Counted from the stretch's first letter, positions 16,884-27,009 are shown. The stretch is 64,000 bases of DNA from Patescibacteria group bacterium (GCA_041753515.1 JBGSUE010000040.1:8290-72289), one strand, 5' to 3'. The notes: generated from the sequence alone by a model not told the origin. Numbers and translations: made by a program.

Positions 16884-17586
16884 AACGGTACAGTATCATA
16901 TCAATAATCGTCGGAATGATGGTTCTAAGGCTTCCTCCCCCCGCCCCTTCCTCATCGGTCCGGGCTTTGTGGGCAATCGTTGTTTCCGCCACACGAAAAC
17001 CGGCACGGACCGCATCGATAATCATCTCCGCATCCACAAATGCGGAACGGGTTGAAAGATCAATCGAATCAATGACTTGTTTTTTTACGAGCCGGATGGA
17101 ATTGACGTCATGAATACTGATCCCGTAGAAGAATTTAAGAAGTGTATTGTAAATTTTCGACTGCCGCAAACGCGTTTCCGGATCCCTGCGGTTCACCCGC
17201 CAGCCGATAATCAAATCTGCATCACCTACAAGTTGTGCCAATGTTTGCAGTTCTTTGGGGTCCAGCTGTCCGTCACCGGGAACGGTAAACAGCCACTCAT
17301 ACCGTCAGGTTTTATAGAGTTCCTGTATGGTTCCCCCATACCCCTGATTCACCGTATGGGTTAAAACAGTAAGTTGTGGGTATTTCTTTAAAAGATTATT
17401 CAATACATCGCCCGTTCCGTCACGGCTTGCATCATTTATCACCATGATTTCGTATGTCCTGGTAATTTTTTTGGCAATAGTATCTGCTTTTAAAATTACT
17501 GATGCAACAGTCTCTTCATCATTGTATGCAGGTATGAGGATTGATACGGACGGAAAACGCATAGGATATTTTCCATATGATATCAT
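16873..17586 (-). pseudogene. DPM1-like GT2 with a single in-frame TGA at 17305-17307 (two track ORFs, 17305-17586 and 16873-17241, share one frame)
   Basis: Continuous translation is ...NQGYGGTIQELYKT[TGA]RYEWLFTVPGDGQLDPKELQTLAQLVGDADLIIGWR... The DxD-region alignment is uninterrupted, so one codon is replaced by a stop. Confidence 0.55.
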
Positions 17587-17619
17587 GCTGATGATATATG
17601 TGCATGTAACAAGAAATTA

Positions 17620-17704
17620 TGTCATTCTGATCCGCCAGTTGGCGGAGAAGAATCTAGTTTAAAAAATTAGATCCTTCACTCGCCTTCGGCGGTTCAGGAT
17701 GACA
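17620..17704. repeat. inverted-repeat element E3, 2 bp upstream of the ATG at 17707 and 34 bp upstream of the divergent start at 17586
   Basis: tgtcattctgatccgccagttggcggagaagaatct ... agatccttcactcgccttcggcggttcaggatgaca. Both inner arms are palindromic. Confidence 0.7.
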
Positions 17705-17706
17705 CA

Positions 17707-19263
17707 ATGAATGTAATTATGAGATTAACGAAAAATTTTATTCTTTTCTTTTTTATCGCCCAGATATACATATTCCTCTCCAATTATCATCTTCTGATTC
17801 TTGCGTCCCATACGCCGCAAGGCGCCAGATTTACGTGGAACCATATTGCCTACTGGTCCATGGACCACAATGTCTACCTGTCTGTCATCAATCAGGGAGC
17901 GCGCGGTGAGTGGCTCATGCGGGATGCGTACACCGCAGAGCCCACACATCCGACGTTTTTCTATTTCTTCTATATACTTCTCGGGAAAATAAGCGGTGCC
18001 CTCAACATCCTGCCTGATACCGCGTATCTGTGGGCTAAACTTATCGGCGTTGAATTTTTTGTCCTGTCTCTGTACTTTCTCAGTAAAAAAATACTGGGAA
18101 AGAATGGCATATGGGCTTCACTTCTTGCACTGTCCATAAGCGCCCTGCCGGTCCTCAACTGGGATACCCGCTACTACCATGAATTCTGGCCCTGGTGGGC
18201 CCGCTTTGATGCAATCCTGCGTCTGGACAACATGCCCCACTACCTCTGGAGCTGGGGACTATTATGCCTCTTTGCCGCCACCTGGTTTTCATATATGAAA
18301 GGAAAAAAAACTTATCTTCTTGTGCTATCTTCTATCTTCTCCCTTCTATCCTCTATGTTCCTCCCCTCGTCCGCCATCCCCATCATCGCGGGTCTGGGCG
18401 TCCTGTGGCTGCTATCCAAAAAACACCGCACCGGCACAGCTTTTTTTGTAGCAGCAATCGTCGCCATTCCGCTCCTATTAACCTACCGGGAAAAATTCAA
18501 CGGTTTTCCATGGACTGAGTGGTACCTATTTGAACTTGACACATGGAACCGCCAGGCAACCCATTTCAATATCGAATTTTTGCTTTCAGCCGGATTATTA
18601 CCAATCCTGGCATTGGTCGGCATACGGAAAAATAATCCTTCCTCCATTTTTCTGGCAGTGTGGGCTTTCCTACCCTTTTTTCTTCTCCCTTTCTCCTCAC
18701 TCCTGGGGCTCTCCAAATACCGCCTGGCATCAACCGGCGTCTTTATCCCATTCGCGCTTTTAAGCATTCAGGCTATTCAATATTTCAAAAAAACCGGTGT
18801 TTTGCTGATATGCATCTCTATTGCTTTTTCAATCATCACATCACTTTACATTTTCACCAATCTCAACCGCACCGCCCAAGAATACCCTGTTTACGCAAAC
18901 GTGTATATTCCAAAAGAAATGATGGATATTTTTTCATATCTCAATACGAATGCAGACGCCACCGATGTGATTGTGAGTGACTGGGTCAGCGGTAACCTAT
19001 TCCCTGTTTTTACACCCGTTACGGCATTCACAGGCCACCCTGTCCACACAAGAAACTTTTTCGATAAAACCGCATGGTATGGATCATTGTACCGGGGAGA
19101 ACTGACACAAAAAGACGCGGAAACAAAGCTTGGGGAATACCGGATTACATATATTCTTCACGGACCTGCGGAAAAGAGAATCGGTGTATCGCTGTCAGCA
19201 TATACGTTCCTGAAAAAAGTGTATGTGATGGGAGACTATAAATTATACAAAGTAGAATTATGA
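17707..19263 (+). CDS. polytopic membrane protein of an uncharacterised GT-C-like paralog family (member 1 of 7)
   Basis: N-terminal signature FTWNHIAYWSMDHNVYLSVINQGARGEWLMRDAYTAEP. C-terminal signature AYTFLKKVYVMGDYKLYKVEL. More than 10 TM segments. Confidence 0.55.
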   Translation: MNVIMRLTKNFILFFFIAQIYIFLSNYHLLILASHTPQGARFTWNHIAYWSMDHNVYLSVINQGARGEWLMRDAYTAEPTHPTFFYFFYILLGKISGALNILPDTAYLWAKLIGVEFFVLSLYFLSKKILGKNGIWASLLALSISALPVLNWDTRYYHEFWPWWARFDAILRLDNMPHYLWSWGLLCLFAATWFSYMKGKKTYLLVLSSIFSLLSSMFLPSSAIPIIAGLGVLWLLSKKHRTGTAFFVAAIVAIPLLLTYREKFNGFPWTEWYLFELDTWNRQATHFNIEFLLSAGLLPILALVGIRKNNPSSIFLAVWAFLPFFLLPFSSLLGLSKYRLASTGVFIPFALLSIQAIQYFKKTGVLLICISIAFSIITSLYIFTNLNRTAQEYPVYANVYIPKEMMDIFSYLNTNADATDVIVSDWVSGNLFPVFTPVTAFTGHPVHTRNFFDKTAWYGSLYRGELTQKDAETKLGEYRITYILHGPAEKRIGVSLSAYTFLKKVYVMGDYKLYKVEL

Positions 19264-19976
19264 AAACGACCGTCATTTTACCGGCACACAATGAAGAAGA
19301 GGTCATCGGCAAGATGGTTACTATGATCAATTCGCTTTTCGATACATGGGTATCCCAGTTAATTGTCGTTGACGATTGTTCAAGCGACAAAACAGCGCTC
19401 ATAGTGAAAAAACTGCAAAAAAAGGACAATCGCATAGTGCTCATCCAAAGAAATCCTCCAGGAGGTGTCGGGCTTGCACTGCGGGAAGGACTCAAACATG
19501 TAGCAAAATCGTCTGACTGGATACTGACGCTTGATGCGGATTTTACCCGCAATATTCCTGATCTTTATGAATTTTTTGCCAGTACGAAAGGTGTCGATGG
19601 ATTGATAGGATCACGATATATGATGCCAAACTCTCTTGTGAGATACCCGTTTTTCAAAAAAGTTTTCAACAGGCTGTTCCACCTTGCGGTCCGCATTATT
19701 TTCGGCGTCACAAATCATGACCTGACGAACAATTTCAAACTGTATAAAAAATCTATGTACCTGAAGCTCCCGCTGTCTGAAAACAGCTATGCCATAAATG
19801 CCGAAACCGGACTGTATCCCATTCTCATGGGATATAAAATAAAGGAACTTCCCGTCACCTGGTACGCGAGAACTCATGATGAAGGGATTTCAAAATTCAA
19901 GCTTCTGTCATTCGGTCCCGCGTACGGACGGGTCATCCTCAATGCATTCAGGCTTTTTCGACAACGACGAGGATAA
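19260..19976 (+). CDS. GT2 polyprenyl-phosphate sugar synthase (DPM1-like)
   Basis: VILPAHNEEE...VVDDCSSDKT...LDADF...GSRY. ATGA overlap with the upstream GT-C gene. Confidence 0.8.
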   Translation: MKTTVILPAHNEEEVIGKMVTMINSLFDTWVSQLIVVDDCSSDKTALIVKKLQKKDNRIVLIQRNPPGGVGLALREGLKHVAKSSDWILTLDADFTRNIPDLYEFFASTKGVDGLIGSRYMMPNSLVRYPFFKKVFNRLFHLAVRIIFGVTNHDLTNNFKLYKKSMYLKLPLSENSYAINAETGLYPILMGYKIKELPVTWYARTHDEGISKFKLLSFGPAYGRVILNAFRLFRQRRG

Positions 19977-20649
19977 AGGGGCAGAAAATATCCCGTATCC
20001 CGGGTATTTTTTCAACAACACTGTGTAGCTTCGTAACAAACGGATATCTGTTAATGATTTCCGGAGGAAAAAAACCGAATTTCTTCACGATCTTCACGCG
20101 CATACCTGCATCTGTACACCCGGCCAAAAATCGCCCTATATAACTCGTATATGTCCCTTTTTCAATTTCCCACGTCATATCGCGCCTCAGAAGTATGGCT
20201 AAGAGGTGCCAGGGACTGATGGGATTATTTTCCACAAATATCATCCTGCCTCCTTTTTTCAAATGTTTGGATACATTTCGTGCAACCGACTCGACAAAGT
20301 CCGGAACATGATGAAGTATAAAAAAACCGACCACACTATCAAACATGCTCTTTTTTTGCATCTGAATTCGTGTGAGGTCAAGTACTGATGCCTGTATATT
20401 ATTACCTTGAATCTTTTTTTTTAGTGAATCAATTTCATTCTCCGATATATCAGTCGCGAGCACTGTTTGGACATGATGGGATAGCTCAAACGTAAACCTT
20501 CCCTGCCCTGCCCCGACTTCCAGAATAGCATCTTGTTTTGATATCCACTGCTGAATAATACCAACAATAAATCGCGCATAGGGTTTATTACTTTCAGCTT
20601 TCAGATATTCTGGATCTACCGAGTTGTAAAAATTTTTCTGAGTACTCAT
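19948..20649 (-). CDS. class I SAM-dependent methyltransferase
   Basis: Motif I ILEVGAGQGRFT. Confidence 0.7.
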   Translation of the reverse strand: MSTQKNFYNSVDPEYLKAESNKPYARFIVGIIQQWISKQDAILEVGAGQGRFTFELSHHVQTVLATDISENEIDSLKKKIQGNNIQASVLDLTRIQMQKKSMFDSVVGFFILHHVPDFVESVARNVSKHLKKGGRMIFVENNPISPWHLLAILLRRDMTWEIEKGTYTSYIGRFLAGCTDAGMRVKIVKKFGFFPPEIINRYPFVTKLHSVVEKIPGIRDIFCPFILVVVEKA

Positions 20650-20654
20650 GACAA

Positions 20655-21773
20655 TCAGATAGTGAGAAGATTTTCCTGAATAATTTTTTCTGCCCAGGAT
20701 TGAGCTGTCATATCCAACCCTTTTTCCGTAAAATGAAATTCATCTACGTGAATCGTATAATCATCATGCGGCAGGAGAGACTGCAGATCAAGATAATTAA
20801 TCCCTTGAGCGGCATAATCCTCCCGTACTAACCGATCAAATTCCAATACCATATCATGCGGTTTCGTCCAATGCGGTATGCTTGCGGCAAACGCACACCA
20901 GTACTCACGGCACACCCCCCTCATGAGCCGGATATTGCGCAGGTACAATGGAAGACCGCGGGACACAACCTTATCCGTAACGGTTGGTGACTGCTGCCAT
21001 ACCTGATCCGGCAAGTACCCTGCCAGATGAAACGTCCGGTCGATTGCCGACGATGTAAATGTCAGAAAATACGACCGGAACGCCCAGTCTGGTAGTGATA
21101 AGGCAAGTGACCGGATGCGTGGATCAAACGGACGCACGTAATTGGAATAGTCCGGCAGGATATTGCCCGTATACATGGAAAACCAGAGATCGTTGACCCC
21201 GTCGTAACTTATGACCAGATCCGGATGAAACTGGATGCCATACATCTCAAGGATGCCGAGAGACGTCTGCGCAATACCGGCATCGAGAGCAAGATTAATC
21301 ACCTCGACTGAATACCCGCTGTTTTTGTAGTATTCGTTCAATTTTTTCTCCAAAAGTGCCGGCCAGGTTGTATCATTGGTCGGTCCGTCCCAGGTTGTGG
21401 AACCGCCCAGTGTCACGATCCGCTTTACGTTTGCCTGTTTTTCATATGGCCTCTCGGGAGTACGGAATCCCAGACTGTTGTTCGTATACGTATACGTTAC
21501 CGTTTTCCCAATAGCCTTTTTATAGACTGTGAGTATTCGTGAATCGAATGGCACAGTCATGAACGGCAGGAACGGATGATCCGTAAACCGCCTGCGGTCT
21601 GCCATCGCCCGCTCTCCCGTCAAAAACGACGGCAGATAGGAATTCATGTCAATCTGCTTCACTTTCACATATATCCGTGATGCAATTTCACCGATCACAA
21701 ACGTCAGAACTGGAAGATAAATCAATACGAATACTAGTCTGAAAACAAAACGCTTGATTCTGAATTTATTCAT
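20655..21773 (-). CDS. membrane-anchored SGNH/GDSL-family hydrolase (candidate polysaccharide O-acetylesterase or acyltransferase)
   Basis: N-terminal TM helix. Block I TLGGSTTWDG, block III DGVNDL, block V DEFHFT. Confidence 0.6.
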   Translation of the reverse strand: MNKFRIKRFVFRLVFVLIYLPVLTFVIGEIASRIYVKVKQIDMNSYLPSFLTGERAMADRRRFTDHPFLPFMTVPFDSRILTVYKKAIGKTVTYTYTNNSLGFRTPERPYEKQANVKRIVTLGGSTTWDGPTNDTTWPALLEKKLNEYYKNSGYSVEVINLALDAGIAQTSLGILEMYGIQFHPDLVISYDGVNDLWFSMYTGNILPDYSNYVRPFDPRIRSLALSLPDWAFRSYFLTFTSSAIDRTFHLAGYLPDQVWQQSPTVTDKVVSRGLPLYLRNIRLMRGVCREYWCAFAASIPHWTKPHDMVLEFDRLVREDYAAQGINYLDLQSLLPHDDYTIHVDEFHFTEKGLDMTAQSWAEKIIQENLLTI

Positions 21774-21804
21774 GAAATTTCCATTTCAGTATATGCATGC
21801 GACA

Positions 21805-21839
21805 AATTCATAATTCGTAATTCATAATTTGTAATTGAA
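21805..21839. repeat. (AATTCRT)n heptamer array: aattcat aattcgt aattcat aatttgt aattgaa
   Basis: Lies between the epimerase stop and the SGNH start at 21773. Confidence 0.7.
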
Positions 21840-21843
21840 TAAA

Positions 21844-22824
21844 TTACCAGTAATGGTGCTTGTTTTTTCGGTAGAACGCAACTGTTTTTTTGAGACCATC
21901 AGCCAGACTGGTTTTAGGTTTCCATCCGGTCAGTTTCCTGATCTTTGTTATATCGCTGGCAAAGTCCCCGGGCTCCATGGCACGCCTCTCGGGCGAAAAC
22001 GGCGCAAATTCCCAACTGCCCCTTCCTGCCGCCTGGATGATCATTTTCACCAGGTGCAGAAACGTATCCGGCGTGTCATCACCAATATTAATAATTTCAC
22101 CATAACAGGTATCTGTTGATGCAGTGCGCAGAATGGCATCCACCGCATCATCCACATACAAAAAATCACGTTTCAGCTTCCCGTCGCCAAATACACGGAT
22201 CACCCCACCGTCCATCGCAAGACGGATAAACCAGTTCACGACACCGTACCTGTCGTGCTTCATCTGACTTCGGGGGCCATACACGTTGGTAAGCCTGAGC
22301 ATCACGGATTTTATTCCATGAACATCGTTATAGACTTTTACTATCTTTTCTGCAGTCAGATTGGTAATTTCATATATCCCGCGGGGATTTGTGGGGGCAT
22401 CTTCACTCACTGGAAGTTTCACTGCGTGACCGTATTGACCACGGGTGCCGGTATAGATGAGTTTGGCACCGGGCGCAACGTAACGCATCGCCTCAAGTAA
22501 AATGGCAGTCCCGCGGATATTGATATCAATATCCGGGTAAGGATTGGTCATGGAAAGGATATGGTCTGTCTGGCGGGCTAGATGGAATACAAAATCCTTG
22601 CCGCGCACGAGCTTTTTAACAGCCGCCTCATCCCTGATATCCGAAAAATCCATCTCAACCTCATCTTTGACTGGATGAAGATTGAACAAATTCCCGCCCT
22701 GGTGCGGGGTGAGATTATCCTGTATTGTCACGTGAGCACCCTGTTTCACAAGGGCAATAGCCAGATTTGATCCGATAAACCCCGCTCCACCGGTTATTAG
22801 TGCTTTTTTGTTTTTACATGTCAT
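21844..22824 (-). CDS. NAD-dependent epimerase/dehydratase (extended SDR)
   Basis: ALITGGAGFIGSN is a Rossmann motif. YEITNLTAEK is YxxxK. Confidence 0.85.
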   Translation of the reverse strand: MTCKNKKALITGGAGFIGSNLAIALVKQGAHVTIQDNLTPHQGGNLFNLHPVKDEVEMDFSDIRDEAAVKKLVRGKDFVFHLARQTDHILSMTNPYPDIDINIRGTAILLEAMRYVAPGAKLIYTGTRGQYGHAVKLPVSEDAPTNPRGIYEITNLTAEKIVKVYNDVHGIKSVMLRLTNVYGPRSQMKHDRYGVVNWFIRLAMDGGVIRVFGDGKLKRDFLYVDDAVDAILRTASTDTCYGEIINIGDDTPDTFLHLVKMIIQAAGRGSWEFAPFSPERRAMEPGDFASDITKIRKLTGWKPKTSLADGLKKTVAFYRKNKHHYW

Positions 22825-23771
22825 GTGGCTTGAATTGTAGCATATATAATCTCCAAAGCTTCGTGTGCAGTAGTGGTTTTCATCATCCTTTCACGGACAC
22901 TCGTTGCATCATGAAATCCCTTTATGTACATCTTAAAAAATTTCTTGAGTGATGCAAAGTTTTTTTTTGTACCCCAGACATCTTCAAATAGCACAATGTG
23001 TTTCTCCAGAAGCCGAAGAAGATCCTCATGAGCAATGTCCGTGCGAGAAAATGCCCAGGGGCTTTGAAAGACGCCACGGCCGATCATCACGCCATCCACA
23101 CCCCACTGTTCATGTTTTTGCCGGGCCTCTTTGGCATCGGCAATATCACCATTTCCCACGATGAGCGTTTTGACCCCCATCCGGTCCCGAATTTTAACTG
23201 CTTTTCCGATTTCATCCCAATGAGCCGGCACTTTAGACATTTCTTGAGCAGTCCTGCCGTGTACCGTCAATACATCTATATTCTGCTCCAATACAAACGA
23301 AATCCACTCATCAGTCCGGATATCATGTATCCCTATCCTCGTCTTCACGCCCACAGGAAAATTTCCTGCAGCGCTTTTTACGGCAGAAATAATCTTTCTT
23401 GCACCATCAGGACTGTCTATCATGGCCGCTCCACACCCGAGTTTCATCACCTCCCGGACAGGACACCCCATATTGATATCAATACCGGCAAACCCCATTC
23501 CTGCGATCTCTTTCGTGGCTTTATACATCGTATCGGGATTTTTCCCCCAAATCTGAGCAACAAGCGGTTGCTCGCTGTCCGTAAACCGCAGAGCATCGGA
23601 AACCCATCTTCTCCCGGCAGAACAGAATCCATCCGCACTCACAAATTCGGTAAACATCACATCGGGCTTGGCGCAGGAGGCAATAATTTGCCGGAATACT
23701 GTATCCGTAACGCCATCAAGCGGTGCTAGTGCCAGAAAAGGTTTTGGGAGCTTGTGCCAAAAAGATTCCAT
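22821..23771 (-). CDS. dus: tRNA-dihydrouridine synthase (Dus family)
   Basis: LAPLDGVTDTVFRQI...IDINMGCP...VKTRIG...VHGRT are Dus/NifR3 TIM-barrel motifs. Confidence 0.85.
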   Translation of the reverse strand: MESFWHKLPKPFLALAPLDGVTDTVFRQIIASCAKPDVMFTEFVSADGFCSAGRRWVSDALRFTDSEQPLVAQIWGKNPDTMYKATKEIAGMGFAGIDINMGCPVREVMKLGCGAAMIDSPDGARKIISAVKSAAGNFPVGVKTRIGIHDIRTDEWISFVLEQNIDVLTVHGRTAQEMSKVPAHWDEIGKAVKIRDRMGVKTLIVGNGDIADAKEARQKHEQWGVDGVMIGRGVFQSPWAFSRTDIAHEDLLRLLEKHIVLFEDVWGTKKNFASLKKFFKMYIKGFHDATSVRERMMKTTTAHEALEIIYATIQAT

Positions 23772-23792
23772 AGCGTAGAGTATAATACATTC

Positions 23793-24650
23793 ATGGAATT
23801 ATGGTTTCTGTATGCAGTCGGATCGGTTGTTTTTCTTGCCACATTCTCGCTTTTCACCAAAAAACTGTTCACAAGAGGGTTTGATCCGCTCCTCTACGGC
23901 GGGGCAATGCAGTTTACCGTCGGCGTCATGGCGATCCCGCTGGTATTAATCTACGGATTTTCATTTGATGTTTCTTTCAAAACCGTGACAATTCTTCTGG
24001 TGAGCGGCTTTGTCTACGCTGCCGCCGCATCGCTCAACTATTACGGTCTGTCAAAAACTGAGCTTTCCCGCGCTGCCATCCTCACCTCAACTGCCGCAAT
24101 CTGGGGCATGGTCTCGGGATTCGTATTTTTGGGTGAACCGTTCACCTCCCAAAAAATTCTTGCCATCGTCTGCATTATTTCGGCCATTCTGCTGATCGAA
24201 GGAAAAAACAACAACCTGAAGTTCGCAAAATATGATCTCTTTATCCTCGCCTCGGCTATTTTTTATGCCGTTGGTGCGTCTCTTGATAATATTCTGGTCA
24301 GTCACTCCGATCCGTTTTCCTATCTTATGGTCTCATTCCTGACGGCAGGCACCACAATGCTTCTCATGCATTCACGCCATAATGCGGCTATAGTCCGATC
24401 CACGGCCAGACAAAAGGATTTTATAAAAATGCTCATGCTCAATTCATTTTTTATCCTTTTATCGTATGCCATGATTTTTTCGGCGTATGAAGCGGACGGT
24501 GAAGTATCTGAAGTGTATGCCATCGAACAACTTGAAACCGTACTGACAGCTTTTCTGGGTATACTCATCCTGAGAGAATTCACACGTCTGCCGTACAAAC
24601 TCATTGCAGCAATGCTTGCATTCGCCGGACTCATGATGCTCAAAAAGTAA
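23793..24650 (+). CDS. EamA/DMT-superfamily transporter (start trimmed to MELWFLYAVG)
   Basis: 10 TM segments and two EamA-like halves. The untrimmed start at 23754 would overlap the dus start. Confidence 0.7.
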   Translation: MELWFLYAVGSVVFLATFSLFTKKLFTRGFDPLLYGGAMQFTVGVMAIPLVLIYGFSFDVSFKTVTILLVSGFVYAAAASLNYYGLSKTELSRAAILTSTAAIWGMVSGFVFLGEPFTSQKILAIVCIISAILLIEGKNNNLKFAKYDLFILASAIFYAVGASLDNILVSHSDPFSYLMVSFLTAGTTMLLMHSRHNAAIVRSTARQKDFIKMLMLNSFFILLSYAMIFSAYEADGEVSEVYAIEQLETVLTAFLGILILREFTRLPYKLIAAMLAFAGLMMLKK

Positions 24651-24659
24651 CTAAATCTC

Positions 24660-24707
24660 ATTATTAGTATATTTCTGATGCACGTGCATTCTAAATATAC
24701 TAATAAT
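24660..24707. terminator. perfect 15-bp inverted repeat (ATTATTAGTATATTT / AAATATACTAATAAT) with an 18-nt loop containing TGCACGTGCA; candidate bidirectional terminator or regulatory hairpin
   Basis: Direct reading. The AT-rich stem is atypical for an intrinsic terminator. Confidence 0.35.
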
Positions 24708-24745
24708 CATATGTACATCTATTTTATTGGATCATCTCAAATACT

Positions 24746-26254
24746 ATGATGCTTCTTGTGATTCTTCTTATACTCAGCGCAACCGTTGCAAACATGAGTG
24801 CGTTTATTGCCCAAATCGCAGCCCAACCGTCCAATACTGTGTATCTTGGGACCATCCATTACTGGGAAGACTACTTTTTTCTTCTCAATCATTTTTTTCA
24901 GGGAGCTCACGGACAGTGGTTGGCGGTAAACCAGCTCACCCACGATATTCCCGGCACCACAATCATTTATTGGTCCAATGTTCTCATGGGAAAAATCGGC
25001 GGACTCTTCGGATTGTCTCCCCAATTCACATACTCCCTCAGTGTTCTTATATTGACGTTTCTTTCCCTTGGCGCACTCTTTATTCTGATTCAAAAACTCG
25101 TACCGGAGAAAAAAAAAGCGCTTCTGGCATTTTTCTTTGCCGTCACAGCCACATCATTACCCAACCGTGTCGTATCCGGAGAAACCGGACAGATGATCAC
25201 CTGGCCGTTTCAGATCTGGGGCACGACCCATCTGGCTCTGGACCGCTTAGGCGGTGCCCCCCATCATTTATTTCGAAATGTGCTTGCTTATATATTTTTA
25301 TATTTTCTATTTTCAAAAAAATCCACCATGTCCATTATCGTTGCCTTTTTTCTTGCTTCTGTTAATCCCACACAAGCCCTTCTATCACTTGGCATATTCA
25401 GCATCGTGAATTGGCAAGACATAAAACGGCTATTACCAACATGGGTTTCCGTAGTGTTTATGACTCTGTGGGTCAACCATGATTTACACTCGGAAGCATA
25501 TCGGGTTGCCGCGGCATGGGACGGATCCCAGAATAGTTACACGACTCTGCCGTTTCTGATGGCGTCAATTGGTCCAATTGGACTCATTAGTCTCATTGGT
25601 CTAATGAAAAAAAATTTTTCCCGTATCGAATTGTTCGGACTCCTGACAATTCTTTCAACATATTTCTATTTCATGACTCCCATCCCGAAACTTCTCCATG
25701 TTTCAAATCTACGGCTTCTTTTTCCCTCAACGCACGTATTTTTCGGCATCTTCGCCGCCAGTGGGGCGTTATATCTTTCAAAAAAAATTCCTCTCGTCCT
25801 CATCCTGATTCTCTACTCTCTTCTCACTATTCCTACTCTCGATTGGGAAATCGGCATGAAAACGTCAAATATCAAACCGAACGACCAGCTCCTCTATCTC
25901 CCTTCCTTGGTGCATGAAGGATTCGTGTATCTGTCTACACAAACTCCCTTTACGGACGTAACCCTCGGCAATCCGGGAAGCCACATGGACATCCTCATTC
26001 CGGCCCTCTCCGGCCACACAACCTATGTTGCCCATTTCTTGGAAACGAAAGATTACCCCCGAAAAAAGGCAGAAACGGAAAAATTCTATTCACTGCAGTT
26101 GACACCGGATAAAGCACAAAAATGGCTGACCGAAAATACCATCAGATATATTTTGTTTACGAAGTATGATGGAGATAAAACGAAGTTTGAAGAAAATTAC
26201 AGCTTCCTGAAACCCGCATTTTCCAATCCGGAAAGTACGGTCTATCAATTCTAA
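24746..26254 (+). CDS. GT-C-like paralog family member 2
   Basis: PSNTVYLGTIHYWEDYFFLLNHFFQGAHGQWLAVNQLTHD. C-terminus NYSFLKPAFSNPESTVYQF. Confidence 0.55.
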   Translation: MMLLVILLILSATVANMSAFIAQIAAQPSNTVYLGTIHYWEDYFFLLNHFFQGAHGQWLAVNQLTHDIPGTTIIYWSNVLMGKIGGLFGLSPQFTYSLSVLILTFLSLGALFILIQKLVPEKKKALLAFFFAVTATSLPNRVVSGETGQMITWPFQIWGTTHLALDRLGGAPHHLFRNVLAYIFLYFLFSKKSTMSIIVAFFLASVNPTQALLSLGIFSIVNWQDIKRLLPTWVSVVFMTLWVNHDLHSEAYRVAAAWDGSQNSYTTLPFLMASIGPIGLISLIGLMKKNFSRIELFGLLTILSTYFYFMTPIPKLLHVSNLRLLFPSTHVFFGIFAASGALYLSKKIPLVLILILYSLLTIPTLDWEIGMKTSNIKPNDQLLYLPSLVHEGFVYLSTQTPFTDVTLGNPGSHMDILIPALSGHTTYVAHFLETKDYPRKKAETEKFYSLQLTPDKAQKWLTENTIRYILFTKYDGDKTKFEENYSFLKPAFSNPESTVYQF

Positions 26255-26505
26255 TTATAATGCACGGTAATTGACAAAATTTCTATCGCATCTTTGTCAG
26301 GACGGAAAACAAATAAGGCTCGGTATTTCCTATCGATCCTAAACGAATAGACTCCGAATTCTTTCGGTTCAAGTTTTTCAACATGAAGACCCGGATGGTT
26401 AATATTGGTGGTAATGAGAACTGCTTTTGCGTCAAATTTTTTCCTGATACCGTGACGAAGGAGGTCGTCTTTCAGCTTCTTTTTTATCGGCAGGACTGGC
26501 GGCAT
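26251..26505 (-). CDS. RelE/ParE-family type II toxin
   Basis: GVYSFRIDRKYRALFVFRPDKDAIEILSITVHY is the RelE/ParE C-terminal signature. Lies downstream of an RHH antitoxin. Confidence 0.65.
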   Translation of the reverse strand: MPPVLPIKKKLKDDLLRHGIRKKFDAKAVLITTNINHPGLHVEKLEPKEFGVYSFRIDRKYRALFVFRPDKDAIEILSITVHYN

Positions 26506-26511
26506 ATGAGC

Positions 26512-26796
26512 TCATGTAAAATAATCACTCTGTGAGAGTGCGCTTTTCAGGTCTTTCAGAAAATCAGGGGAATATTTTCCGGTATTTTGAAAACCGGATA
26601 AAATTTTGGCTATAGAACGGGTAGAGGGCGGATCAAGAGGTAGGACACTCGCCTGGTCAACAAGTTCGGGTTTATGGCGCACCAGGCGCAAAACCGCGCG
26701 AAAAAGCTCGCTGCGGCTGGCAAAACCGTATTTGGAAACCATTGAGTCAATAAAACTGACTTGATCGGATGGAAGTGAAATATTCACGGAACTCAT
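26512..26796 (-). CDS. ribbon-helix-helix antitoxin (ParD/CopG family); start trimmed to MSSVNISLPSDQ
   Basis: NISLPSDQVSFIDSMVSKYGFASRSELFRAVLRLV matches the ParD RHH pattern. Confidence 0.65.
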   Translation of the reverse strand: MSSVNISLPSDQVSFIDSMVSKYGFASRSELFRAVLRLVRHKPELVDQASVLPLDPPSTRSIAKILSGFQNTGKYSPDFLKDLKSALSQSDYFT

Positions 26797-26802
26797 AACC
26801 AA

Positions 26803-26832
26803 ACTATACCAAACTTTGCCAATTTTTGTCAA
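26803..26832 (-). promoter_or_regulatory. promoter TTGACA-N18-TATAGT, 6 nt upstream of the parD ATG (leaderless-type); direct repeats GTTTGGT may form an operator
   Basis: Minus-strand reading: ttgacaaaaattggcaaagtttggtatagtttggttATG. Confidence 0.55.
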
Positions 26833-27009
26833 AACCAATTTCCCCAACCCCCGACCCAATCGGAGCCTCGGAAAATGGATGGACGTGATGGTATTTTCAA
26901 ATACCCAGTATTGGGTATCTCAAAACACCAAGGCATACGACAATGAAACTACAACGACAGAGCAAACAACGCTCCGGCCTGGGTGTTGACGAACTTATGT
27001 TGTGGGGGT

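Noticed and set aside
16838-17113. Track ORF 16838-17113 (MKNLFTRSFAHAQDDKR…)
   Set aside because: It translates inverted-repeat element E2 and overlaps the GT2 pseudogene on the opposite strand.
16873-17586. Alternative genetic code (UGA read as Gly or Trp) to explain the in-frame TGA
   Set aside because: Nearly all other genes are long intact ORFs. Several clearly end at TGA (for example 14240-14242 and 54276-54278), so the standard code fits.
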